A stretch of 51,021 nt of DNA, filler included, from Basidioascus undulatus (Eukaryota): NCBI GenBank assembly GCA_000826855.1. It is 3 parts of 3 records of this genome, joined end to end, with 100 filler letters (N's around TTAATTAATTAA, not from the genome) between each part and the next. Parts side by side here need not be neighbours in the genome. Positions count along the whole stretch, not along the records: positions 1 to 16,960 come from JTLS01000556.1; 2 more parts are not named here. One strand, given 5' to 3'. The stretch's first letter is position 1. Each line of letters opens with the position of its first letter. The notes beneath the pieces are model-generated. The model was not told the DNA's origin. It made no database searches and saw only the letters and a program-made list of their open reading frames with translations. Position numbers and translations under genes: made by a program. This document shows positions 1 to 10,759 of this stretch, in pieces.

Positions 1-1170
1 ACGACACGCCCGTCTCCCCCGCCCTCCTTAGCCCGCTCGTCAGCCGCGTATGCGCGTCCTACGCGTGCGCGGACCTCCTCGTTCGCCTACCCGGCGCGCT
101 CCCCATCCCGTCATTTGACGGGACGCCCTGGCCTGCGGAGGGGTGGGTGGATCCGGAAAGGTCAGAGGAGGGGTTCACGCCTGAGACGCTGAGGCTCTTG
201 GAACGCGAGCCGGAGAGCATCGATGCGGGGAGGGGGAGGAGGATCATCGATGCGCCGCTGGTGGTCAGGAAGCCGAGCAGGGGGATTAAAACGCCGGAGA
301 GGAGGAGAGAGGTCCTGCTCGAGTTTGGTGTGCCGGAGGAGCTCCACGCGCATCGGCTCCTGCTTGTTTCATTCGGAGGTCAGGTGCGTCTTCTCTTCTC
401 TCCCCCCTCCATTGCTTTCTTCTCCCCCATCCCATACCTCACACCTGCTTTCCCTTCCCCGACTCCCCTCTCTTCCCTCTTAACCTCTTTCTCTAGCTCA
501 CACTTTCATGTCTTCCAGGTAATCGCTCGCCCTTCGAGCCCCACCACCTCCGCCCCTCCCTCCGCCTCACCCTCATCCACACTGGAAGCCGACGCCTTCC
601 TCCCTCCCGGATGGATCGCAATAGTCTGCGGCCTCGCCGGGTCTAACTCTTCCTTCTCCCTCCCTGACAACTTCTTCGCGGCACGAGGGCACGCGTACGT
701 TCCCGACCTCACTGTGCTCGCGGACGTCGTGCTCGGGAAACTGTGTGTCTTCCAATTTTTGCCAGGGCTTTCCCTTCTCCCCATGCATCTTTCTTTTTTT
801 CTCCCCAATTTCCTTTCTCTCGATGTCTCCCAATTGTAGGTGACAACTCTGACCCCTTGCATTCTTCAGCGGCTACGGCACCTGCTCGGAAACGCTCTAC
901 ACGCGCACGCCCATGCTCTACGTCCCTCGCCCGCTCTTCATCGAGGAGCACGGCCTCCTCCGGCTCATGCGCGCGCGAGGCATCGCCGTGTCCCTTTCGC
1001 GCGCGGACTTTGAGCGCGGTGCATGGGCATGCGGGCTGCTGGAGGCTTGGGAGGCGGGGAAGGGGGCGCGGTGGACGGAGGGTGAGGAGAAGGAGGTTGC
1101 TGGGGGCGCCGCGGAGTGGGTTGCGCGGGAGATCGAGAGGTGGGTGAGGGAACGGGGAGACGGGAAGTAG
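1..1170 (+). CDS. L-arabinokinase N-terminal (glycosyltransferase-like) domain protein, 5' partial; exons <1-383, 519-742, 870-1170
   Basis: The spliced translation contains ADLLVRLPGALPIPSF, LLLVSFGGQ, YVPDLTVLADVVLGKL|GYGTCSE and PMLYVPRPLFIEEHGL, motifs recalled for the arabinokinase N-terminal region. GT-AG introns at 384-518 and 743-869; stop TAG at 1168-1170. Confidence 0.8.
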
Positions 1171-1389
1171 AGGCACTATGGTAGAAGCGCACGGACGTTG
1201 TTTGCATGCTGCTTTTGATAGCTTTTGAAGGACGAACTAGACGCATGTAGATCTACGCGTAATGCTCTATGGAGGCGAGTTGCGTCACCAACAGTGAAGC
1301 TCGCTTCGCTGTATAGCAACATAGGCAAGGGTACTGCGCAGGGATTGTGATTGAAAGCCAGGTCAATACCGATAATTCACCTTCTGTTT

Positions 1390-1800
1390 GATTGATCGAA
1401 GCCCGGATGGCGCCCTGTCAGGCCTGTACCCATCGAGGTACAGGGGATGGCAGTGTACGGATAGGCCGAGACTGAACACGACACAGCTCGCCTCGCTTAA
1501 ACGCAATGTTCTTGAGACCCAGCAGAAAATATACCGAACACTACACAGTTCGAGTGCTGCCGAGGCAGTCCAGGTGTGACACAGGGCGAGCTTTCCAGTT
1601 ATGTTATTTTTACAGATGAGGATATATTGTTCAAACCATTGGACTGTGTCTTCTGGACCCCATAAGGAGCGGAACCGGGCAGATGCCGCCGCTGCAGCCG
1701 AAAGGAAGTACGCCAGACTCGCAGAGGGCTCAGGATGCGTGAAAGCCAACCGGTAGATCCGGAGGTGTGCTGGTTATTGAAAAACAGATGGCGTAAAGTA
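1390..1800 (+). mobile_element. possible highly decayed PIF/Harbinger-type DDE transposase relic
   Basis: Broken frames give fragments such as ...PHKERNRADAAAAAERKYARLA... and EVCWLLKNRWRK, resembling the end of DDE_Tnp_4 (E..FG.LK.RW). No intact ORF or terminal inverted repeats seen. Confidence 0.25.
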
Positions 1801-1953
1801 TGCGAAGAAGGAGAGAGGAGATGCGACCACCAGCCTCATCCGCGAAATCCGCCAAGCCACGACCCTCACGAGCAGCCCTATCGACGACTCACTCCACGAC
1901 CCGCTGCTTGGGAAGGCGGAGCTCTCTCCGAAGTTGCTACCGGGGACGCCATG

Positions 1954-2785
1954 CTACTGGAACGTGCGCGACAGCTCCGGGACGTCGTCAGATCTGTAGA
2001 CCTTGAGCGCCCAATCCTAGTCCGAATCGCTGTCCTCGCGGAGCTCGGGTATCGCAAAATGGATGAGTACCGCGCACTCGGCGGCGGAGGCTTCTGCGCG
2101 GGGAACAATGATGATGTCCTCCGCACGGATGTCGCTCTGTACAAAGCCGCGGACCCAGAGCTGCGGAACGAACGAGCGAGCCGACGACGGCTGGCGTGAT
2201 GAGCTGGGGGTTGGCTCGTGCGAGCGTTGGGCAGGGAATGTGCTCGATGATGAGGGGTGGAGGGGAAATGGACCGGGTTGGGTCGTCATCGAGGACGATA
2301 TTGGCGATGCCGAAACAGCGCGGGATGACGGTGCCCTGCAAGCCTCCAATCGAGCGTACACCTCCAGCTCCTTTCCCAACCAGCGTACGGTCTTGCGATA
2401 AAAGCACTCCTCCCACAACACGTCTGTCATGTCCCACTTCAGCTTCTCGTAGTCATCCTCCATCTCCTGGGGCGCGATGGCCTCGCGCCTGGCTGCGGCC
2501 GCTGCAGTATTCGCTGTTGCGGATGTTGACGTAGCGCGGGTCGAAGACTTTGAGAATGAGGCTGGCGGATCAATGAGGTTGAGCTGGACAACTTAGCTGT
2601 TGGTAAACGGCGTGAAGCTCGTGACGATGTTGGCGGAAAGAAGGTAGGGGGGCGCGGGGGCCAGAGGTGATGGGGAGCACGTCGAGGAGAATTTTCCGTC
2701 TCGGCCGGTACGGACACAGCGTCTCTTCAGATGGCGTCGGCGAAGAGCCAGACGAAGCATGTTTGGAGATGTCGATCGAGTCCAT
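1954..2785 (-). pseudogene. fungal protein-kinase-like pseudogene
   Basis: Motifs sit in different frames: SLILKVFDPRY, ELEVYARL / LQGTVIPRCFG, LIIEHI, QSDIRAED (HxD-type loop) and LIHFA (DFG-type). At least three frameshifts and an in-frame TAG at 2017-2019. Confidence 0.75.
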
Positions 2786-3278
2786 TGCCGCTTTGCGAAC
2801 GGGAGAGATTTTTGGATTTGCTCAGGGAGCTCAGATAAAAGAGAGAGCCACTGGAACTGGCTGGCGCTTATGAGTATGACTAGGTGGCGTAAAGTTGTAG
2901 AAGTGGAAGAGGAGGTAAGGGTGGTGGGGAGCAGTGGTGAGTAACGAGACGAAAGATCACAGCCGAGCGATTCGCAGCCGAGCCCCTGATTTATGCCAAT
3001 CTAAGAGCAACATCACTCGTCGAAACTCTGCAAATGGTTTATGTCGTATTGATATGGTCAGCGACAGGACCTCCACCAAGAAAACGAGTTCAACCAGTAG
3101 GGCGACGCTCTAAAACGTCTAGCACTGTCCAGTGACTTGCCCGCTTGACTGGGATTTTTCCTGTGTAAAACGTTGGACGGTGGCAAAAAGTAAAGATGTT
3201 TAATGCGGAGTCAGAGTCATCAAAGCCCGTTCAATTCGGGAAGTCTTGGAAGAAAAGAGAGAAGAGCAAGAGCAAAAT

Positions 3279-3364
3279 TCTCCCCTCCCGGGATCGAACC
3301 AGGGACCTCAAGATGATCAGATTGACATTACAGTCTCGCGCTCTTCCAACTGAGCTAAGGAGAG
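3279..3364 (-). tRNA. tRNA-Tyr(GTA) with a 13-nt intron (3315-3327)
   Basis: Cloverleaf CTCTCCT-TA-GCTC AGTTGGAA GAGC-G-CGAGA CT GTA A[TGTCAATCTGATC]A TCTTG AGGTC CCTGG TTCGATC CCGGG AGGGGAG A, followed by a T-run. Confidence 0.96.
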
Positions 3365-4369
3365 AAGTGGTTGTGCTCTGATATACTTCTTCCCTCTAGT
3401 TTCCCCAACGAAGGTGTTATCCTTTAAGCTCCTTTAGTCGCTTTCTCCTCTTCCCAAGTTGATCCCATCTCATTAATCTCTTTGCATCACGTTTCAGGGG
3501 ATTCAGCTCCGTGGTAGGTGCCGGAACCGCAGGCGGCTTGACGTTTCTGCAATATGAAATCCGCGTAGCTGCGAGTGTTCTCAAGTTGACTCACGGTAAG
3601 TACAGTAAGGCCGGTTCAAAATACAGTACGTTCGGCACATGATGAAAAATGAGAAGAGCTTTTGACAGTCCAATCTGCTCCTTGAACAGACTCTGGGCGG
3701 CCTGCAACTGCCACTGACCTTGTTTGTCGAAGAGCGCAGCGTCGGGCGCAAGAGCCAGAATAAGATCAGGCTACTGAGGGAGCAGAGGGAGAAAGAGAAG
3801 ACAAAAGTGTGCAAGGGCGTAATTAGACACTCAGAGGCTATTAATTCGTCCGAATGATGTTAGTTACAGCTCGAGCAACTGGGACTTGCAGTCGCTCTGT
3901 GCGACCGCAGCACCTCAAATATGTATCGAGTTTATATAACAGGGCGAGTAATTCTCATAACACTGGCACTCGTGTTGGGCAACCATGTTACCTAAGTAGA
4001 AGCGGAGGAAGAGAGCCCCGACGGGGCACTCGTGGCGCACCGTTGCGAGTTTTTGCACATTCTGCGGAGCCCAGTGAGCTCCTTTCATCTGTGATGATGG
4101 CTGCCGGGATCAATTGTAATGTTCTGCCAATATATGCAGGGGGCATGGGGATATGAGGGGAGCGAGCGAGCTCCCCGAATCTCACAAATAGCGAAGATGC
4201 ACGTGATGTCCAAATTGTCACGGTCTCGCTGCATGCGTTCCTTCATGAGCGTTCTGAAAGAGGGAGCAGCATAAAAAACCAGCACACTCCTGGGCTGTAT
4301 TTCCCACAACCGCCCTTTCCCACCCATCACCACTCCCGAACACTTTCAATCCTCAACCCAGCAGTTATT

Positions 4370-5190
4370 ATTGTCGTCCTCCACAAGCTCGCCGCCGCCC
4401 TCGGCTTCGTTGGCGGCACTGCGCTCGTCACCTCCCAGCCTGTGCTTGATAAGCGCAAGCCCAAGGACACGCCTGGGAACCTCAAGGCAAGTTCATATAT
4501 TTGATACGGCAGCAAGGAGAACGAGTGGCTGATGAACTCTCACTGCGTACAGCTTGAACCTCACGTGCGGGCCACCTCCATCCCGAACCCCGTCATGGGC
4601 AATGCAGGAACTGAACCCAGAAAGGGACGGCACTTATCTGGACGGCAGCACCGGTTCTTTGTAAGTTCCTTATAGAGCCCATACCCTTGTTGCGAGCTAC
4701 CGGGCTTAGTCCGACTCTTTGTCCCACACCTTCAACACCAACTGCCGCAACAACGACCACACGCTGGCATTCCGTTCGACTGCGAGGTCGAGGTCAAGGG
4801 AAGTCTCGAGGAGCCTATCACTGTTCAGGTCTACTGGGTACGCTCGACGCTCTTTGACGTCTCCGTCTGCGACCGCCGTCATGCTCACTCAATTCACTCT
4901 CTTCAGCTTGTTGAGGCCAACGCAGAGGTGGATTTCAACTTCTGCCACAAGGGAACCGTGCGTTCGATACTTCAATAAAACCGGTACTGCAGCGTCGTGT
5001 TGCTCACCATTGCCTTCCAATCGTGCAGTGCTGCGACACGAGCGCTACCGCCCACGAGTTCAGCCCGTTCACGGTCGTCCGCCGTGTGCTACACCGACGT
5101 GTAAGCTATTCCGACAGTTCGAGTAAGGACCGCTGTTGCACTCATCGGCCGCTTCACGACGTTCCCTTTGCTAGTTTCACTCCCTCATGA
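4370..5190 (+). pseudogene. small secreted Cys-containing protein, probable pseudogene (no ATG, frameshifts)
   Basis: Signal-peptide-like (I)VVLHKLAAALGFVGGTALVTSQPVLDKR starts at ATT 4370 with no in-frame ATG nearby upstream. A GC-AG intron at 4487-4552 is followed by GT-AG introns at 4661-4709 and 4838-4906 and probably more. The best codon frame (AGIPFDCEVEVKG...QVYW|LVEANAEVDFNFCHKGT|CCDT) needs a frameshift. The 3' end is approximate. Confidence 0.55.
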
Positions 5191-5229
5191 ATCCTACAAG
5201 CTGTCTTTCGCTACCAAAGTCTGCCCGCA

Positions 5230-5620
5230 TGGAAAAAATGCATTTTCCTGAACATGGCAAGCACTTACGTAAGACCCTCTCTTCCTTAGGTATGGCTATT
5301 GATTCAACGTATCGCCGAAGGTTGCTGCGACTGCCGTGTCCCAGGAAAGCTCCTCTGCATATTTTTGCCGTACCTATGCAGAATTTAATTGAGGAGCCTC
5401 CGGGTCTGTATTGAACTGCCTCTTTACTTGTAGATTTGTTTTCGCTGTTGTCGGCTGCGCACGGTATTAGCTGAGACCTCCAGATCTGTTGTGCAAGATA
5501 CACGTATCGGCCCATGTCCACTGAGGCTTCTCCGTAGAATAAGCCAAATAATTGTACAATTTCTGTCCACGGTCCATATAATACGGGCATGCAGGTACGA
5601 TGACGAAAGCCCTACATTCG
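5230..5620 (+). mobile_element. possible decayed Ty1/copia pre-integrase/integrase relic
   Basis: Fragments EGCCDCRVPGK (C..C..GK zinc-binding-like) and RPMSTEAS (GPM..ES-like) in broken frames. Confidence 0.25.
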
Positions 5621-5770
5621 AATCATGTGCAACAGTCTTCGTGCGCAGCGAACGGCCCGCTGCTAGCCTGCCAACCTGCCATCGGTGGAGCTCGCAAAAA
5701 GCATTCGTATCCACTCCCCACAGGTTACCACACACCGACACCCTTGGTGTCTCCTTCTCGTCACAACACC

Positions 5771-6304
5771 ATGTCTTCAAACAACAACACCTCCGCGCCC
5801 GGCGAGCTGTCGAAGATCTCGGGGGCGTACCACTCGGTGAAGGGCACTGTGGTGGAAGCAGTTGGGGACCTGAGTTACTTCTACTTTCCTTCTTTGAGGA
5901 GATCAGAGGGGCTCACTTCGTTTGGTGATCAGCTGGAGCCCAGTCATGGAAGCAGTCTGGCCGCGACGAGCATGCTGCGGGCGAGGCGGAGAAGACGGCT
6001 GCTGAGGCGAAGGTGCGTTCGCTATCGTGAGCCTATGTGTGGGAATGTCTATTGTTCTTAGCTCTACTGGGTGTGGATGACAGGCCTATGCTCAGGCTAC
6101 CGGAGACCGTCTTGATGCGAAGGTCAACAACGTCGTGGGGGCGCTTACTGGCGACAAGGTGCGTGGAGCGGGTGTTTGACTAGTCCTCGCGTGAAGAAAA
6201 ATTACTGACATTGATCACCTCGAACTTAATAGGACAAACAAACGACAGCCAACCTCAAGGACGACCTCGCGTCCGCCAAGCAGTCGGCGAACAAGCCCAT
6301 CTAG
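5771..6304 (+). CDS. CsbD-like / Hmp1-type small stress protein; exons 5771-5873, 5933-6012, 6084-6158, 6233-6304
   Basis: Spliced product: MSSNNNTSAPGELSKISGAYHSVKGTVVEAVGDLTGAQSWKQSGRDEHAAGEAEKTAAEAKAYAQATGDRLDAKVNNVVGALTGDKDKQTTANLKDDLASAKQSANKPI*. It has two CsbD-like KG..E.VG.LTG repeats. Confidence 0.85.
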
Positions 6305-6810
6305 GCGGCTTCCCAGTTTCCCTCTCTTTATTTCTCATGTCACGAAGCAGTTTAATACTAGTCCTATAAGTTGCGAATATATACACGAACTTTACAGTGG
6401 TCCATGTGCGGCGGACAACAAATACCAGTGGGGGCGCGCTTGCGAGGCGGTGCATAATAGAACCGTACTGCACCCACATGCGGGCTTTTATTCTATTGTT
6501 TATTTCTCCAAGGCACGAATTTTCATTGAAAGCTTCGAGCAAGGGGATTAAGGATCCGCGCATCCCTTTTACACCCTCACGCTAGAGTGGATCTGGGGAG
6601 GCCGCCCGGGCACGCTCATTTCCGAACTCCAGCCAGCAACCACCAGGCAAGCTTAAAGGTCATCAAACAGCTTCTGACCTTATGAGTCGACTGCTGCCCT
6701 GCCAATGCCGCGGTGCACACGGAGCGCTAGGCATCGCTCTCGGAATCTTGGAAACTGCCGACGCAGACACAAGAACAGACGACACAGAGCCCCGGATTCC
6801 AGAAAGCACT

Positions 6811-7500
6811 TCAAGCTTCTTTTTGGAATGCGACGGTGCAGACGCGCGCGCCTGTTTGGCCGCCGAAGGAAAAGGTCGGGTGCGGGACGCGGGAGTGGTA
6901 GGAGAGGCCTGCACATCTCGTTTATCCGTTTCAGGAAACGGAGGAAGAGGAGAATTTGGGAGAAGGGAGAGTGGAGGAGGGGTGACGGACCGGTTCCTGA
7001 GGTGAAGCGGGACTTGATCTCGTTCTGGGTTTCGGGTCGGGGTGTGAGGGGAGTGGGAGATGGACAGAAGGAGGGGGGGAGGGCGGACCTCGGTGAAGTT
7101 GCAGGAAGTAATCAGGAAGTATCCTCCGCGCTTGAGGAGCGCAGCCACGCGTTGGGGGTATATTGCCGAGGGCTTTTCTGACGCCGGTGCGTTGGGGTCG
7201 GTGGGGGTTAGGCAGATGGCGTCTGTGGGCGGCGTCAGCGAACTCCCACCCAGGGAACTTCGCAGGAACGAACGAACCATAAGTTCCCTTATCCAAAACA
7301 AGCCCCCACTCCCCGTCGCCGACTCTCTTCACCTCCGCAGGATCCAGCACATCCATCTCCCCGAACTGCACCGCGTCCGCGCCTTCTTCTCCCGCCTCTG
7401 CGCGGCCAGCGCCAATGCGCCTGCAGAGATCGACGGAGGCGGGCGAGTAGTCTACGCCCGTGAGGTGGGTGGGTGGAATGGATGAGAGGAGGGAGAAGAG
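6811..7500 (-). CDS. EFM4: EFM4/See1-type protein-lysine N-methyltransferase, C-terminal part only; exons ~7500-7278, 7222-7089, 7024-6991, 6908-6811
   Basis: Motifs LTGVDYSPASVDL, LVLDKGTY|DAICL, GGYFLITSCNFTE and PTFSFGGQTGARVCTVAFQK*. Introns are canonical. The N-terminus and SAM-binding motif I (LDLGTGNG) are absent. Confidence 0.85.
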
Positions 7501-8304
7501 GGGCGAAAGGGGGGCGCCGGCTGGGGGAAAGGGGAGGGAGGAGGTCAGGGGGACCAGATGGATGGTGGACGCGGATGGAGAAAGAGAAAACGCCCACTGA
7601 CCCTTCCCTAACGCCCCGAACTCGCCACCGACAAGCTGCAACGAGTCCAACACCACAACGTCCGCGCCCAGGCTGCCCGCAAGCGAGCGCACGGTCTCAT
7701 CGACGACAGCCGCGCCGCCCTCGACAGGCGTGTACAGCGCGAGCGTGGGGTCCTCCACGGTCGCATCAGGAGCGGGGAGCATCCCAGCTGCAGGGCCCTG
7801 GCGCGCGGGTGAGAGCGCGAGGCGCGCGGCGGCGAGGGCCTCGTCGAGCATGCTTTGCGGGGGGCGGTGCTGGGAGGGGGTGGCGTCGGGGGCAGGGGAG
7901 GAAGAGGAGAGGACGGGCCAGAGGTAGTGCTCTGCGAAGGACGGTGGGAGGGAGGGAGTGGTCGCTTTCGGGGACGAGCGCTTGGTGGACTTTCGGGGAG
8001 CGGGGGCGGGAGGTGAGGGGTTCGGCCCATCTTCGGACCCGGATGGCGAAGGCGGGGGTGTAGAGTCAGACGGTTGCAATGCGGATGCTGATGCTGATGC
8101 TTGTGCAGAGGACGATGCAGATGCAGAACGATCGAACGAAGACGAAGAATCGGAAGGCGCCGAAGCGAAGCTGCGGTGCGCGAAATGCCCTTGTCGAGGG
8201 TGTGCCAGCGCCGCACTGGTGTGCAGCAGCGGTCGCCACGACACCGCCGAGGAGGTAGAGAGGAGCCGCAGCCGGCCGGAAGGGCGCGCGCGGCGGACGA
8301 GCAT
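7501..8304 (-). CDS. N-terminal part of a basidiomycete mitochondrial AAA-ATPase-like protein, fused in frame to EFM4; exon 8304-7602, intron 7601-7521
   Basis: Arg/Ser-rich presequence MLVRRARPSGRLRLL..., then DPTLALYTPVEGGAAVVDETVRSLAGSLGADVVVLDSLQLVGGEFG, which matches from memory the N-terminal region of large fungal mitochondrial AAA proteins. No Walker A/B motifs present. Confidence 0.6.
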
Positions 8305-9740
8305 CGCGAGGAGGACGAGGGGGCGAGGCGAAGAGAGAAGACGCTCAGGAAGCGAGAGCGACTGGGAGAGCGAGGCGAGGAGAGAAGACGCACCTGTGTG
8401 GAGGTTACGGACGGGCCTTCGGCGTCGATCTGCAAGATTGAAACGGGCAAGGTTTACGTGTGCTCGCATTGGCTTGCATCTGAAAAAGCGACATGCTCAA
8501 AGGCTGGCGCAAAATCATACGCCTCATACAGTGATATTACGCGGCGCTGCTCAACCACCGAGGGTCTCCACTCGGAGCGTCGAGCAGTGATCCGCTAGCA
8601 GCCCAAGAACAGGGCAAAGCACCTTTTGTGATGCATCCGTCAAGTCCGAATGCATGGAGTATCTGCAAGCGAAGCGGATTCCTCACTGCAGGTGCACCCG
8701 GAAAAACTGCAGGTCTCCACGTCAAAAGAGGTCCTCGAGCCGGGTCTGCCAATCCGAACGCCCCCGCTCTCGGGCACCAAAAAGCCCATGAATACCGTTT
8801 ACCTTGCGTTGACGTTCGTCTCTCGGAGGAGATAGGGTTCGCGCTGGGTCCTGTATGTGGCCTGGCGGTCTTGCAGGCACTCCTCCGGAGACGCCCTGCG
8901 AAGTTGCATGCTTGTTCTTGCTTAGATATTTGCCCCAGGGAAAACCAAACTCTTCACGAAGTCAAGTAAGAAATGCATCAGAAAAAGAAACGGGAGCTAT
9001 ATCATGCAGCAGGCCATCATGACGCTGCAACTAGGTGTCCCTGAGCCCAGCGGGCGATTTCATTCCACATGTCGTTTGCCATTGAATCTAGAAAAAGATC
9101 CGGCTTCTACACACATTTACTTAACAGGGAGTGCCTCAGCCCATATCTCCGATAACCCACTGCCCTTCAAGTTCAAGCCAGCAGCTGCAGCGTGTTGACT
9201 TCCGACTTCCAGCAGTGTAGCTTACGTCAACTGTGCACCGCAGGCGCTGCGGAGCTGCGTTTCAGGAGTCAAGCTCTTGGGAGGTATGACCCATGCAGCA
9301 TTCGTGCATTTGGGAGTGTGACAGCGACTCTTGTTAGTGCATAGCACAGGGGAGGACTCACGAAGAGGCAGGTTGAGTGATGAGTCTCCGGCCAGGCCCG
9401 TGTACTGGTAGGATTAGTGTACTGAACTTGAAGAAACGATGGGGGTGACCAGGGCCTTTGGACTACTGTCGTCCGCTGCTGAACTTCGACGGCCGCTGAA
9501 ATTCGCAGCGCCGTTGACCTCCATCTGGCATCTCATTGAAAGGATATTCTGGCTATATACAACCAGGCATTGTGTTTGGTAAAACAGCTGCACTGGCTCT
9601 CGCCCATGGCCACGTTGCCGCAAACCCTGTCGAGTGGCTGGTTTCAAAACCTGCCTCTCGCTACCTTTATCGCTTTCGACCCTCCCCGCCTTCTTTTTCT
9701 GCTTCGACCATGGCCCGGCAATAAAAAAATTAAAAGCAAT

Positions 9741-9820
9741 GGGCCTGACCGGGAATTGAACCCGGGACCTCTCCCACTCGAATACCCTAAGGGAAAATCA
9801 TACTACTAGACCATCAGGCC
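9741..9820 (-). tRNA. tRNA-Pro(AGG) with an 8-nt intron (9777-9784)
   Basis: GGCCTGA TG GTC TAGTAGTAT GAT T TTCCC TT AGG G[TATTCGAG]T GGGAG AGGTC CCGGG TTCAATT CCCGG TCAGGCC C, followed by T-runs (Pol III terminator). Confidence 0.93.
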
Positions 9821-10093
9821 GTTGGTGTCGAGCTTTTGGTTATTACGAATTTAGAAACTTGTTGCGCGCGGGAAGGCAGCCTGCTTTAACTTTTTAAGAC
9901 CTGGAACATAAGATCACATTAAAGTGTTCGGAACGTGTCTGTACAGGCCAAGAGTGGTGAAGCATAAAGCTGTTTGTGCATTAGAGCCGCGGGCGGACAG
10001 CACCCAAGTCTTCCCACACCGATACAAGCAGTTCTTTCTGGTTTATTCTCTTCAATTCATTTCGTTGTTCATTCTTCATCGCATCCCAAACAG

Positions 10094-10450
10094 TCACTCC
10101 TGCGTGCCGCCCGACGACCGCCCACCCTTCCTTCCCGCCTCACGCGCCTCCTCGCTGCTGAAATGATGCGCGTGGCCGCTCTGCTGGCTAGCGTGTCCAC
10201 CTTGGGAGGCGATGTTGTGCTGTTTTTATTTCACGACCGAGCCCCATGATCAGCCCCTCGACATCCAGAGGAGAGGAAAGGGGTGCGAGGGGTAGAGGAG
10301 GGGGGCCAAGGAGGGCCAACGAACCTGCTTGTCAGCATCCATCGACGCAAACCCGCCAGCGTGCGACGCCTGGCCGCCCTTACGCGCGGCACCGATGACG
10401 TCCTCGTGCGGGCGGTTCGCAAAGTTGCCGGCGTTCGAGTTGTCGGACAT
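10094..10450 (-). CDS. Con-10-like / KGG-repeat stress (conidiation) protein, 83 aa; exons 10450-10325, 10219-10094
   Basis: MSDNSNAGNFANRPHEDVIGAARKGGQASHAGGFASMDADKQ|HNIASQGGHASQQSGHAHHFSSEEAREAGRKGGRSSGGTQE*; GNFANRP and KGG motifs. Confidence 0.92.
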
Positions 10451-10480
10451 GGTGTGTGGGTGTGGGTGTGGGTGTGGGTG
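10451..10480. repeat. (GGTGTG)5 hexamer microsatellite immediately upstream of the Con-10-like ATG
   Basis: ggtgtgtgggtgtgggtgtgggtgtgggtg read directly. Confidence 0.85.
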
Positions 10481-10759
10481 AAATTGGGGAATGGAAGAAG
10501 CTCGTAGGTGAATGGAAGTTGAGTTGGTTGATCGTAAGAAGGGAGAATGGACATGGGCGAAGGGGGTTTTGTACTCGGCGAGGAGACAGCTGTGGAGGGG
10601 CTTGATGTCATGTTTCTTTCTGTCAGGAAGGCGGCGATGTGCCGTGAGATGATGTGGGCCGGGCATCATGGCCATCATGCAATTGCAACATCCAATGACG
10701 GTCCGAAGCATACATTTCGTCAATCCGCAGGTCTATTCGACATACCAGGGCATCTCCAG

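Noticed and set aside
7473..8598. Long plus-strand ORFs, and similar ones at 17336-18082, 27052-27918, 28816-29631 and 50084-50815
   Set aside because: These are antisense or alternate-frame shadows of GC-rich genes, with Arg/Gly/Ala-rich translations and no motifs.
5771..10450. Two small hydrophilic stress genes (CsbD-like and Con-10-like) as a cluster
   Set aside because: They are separated by unrelated genes and a possible assembly collapse, so proximity alone is weak evidence.
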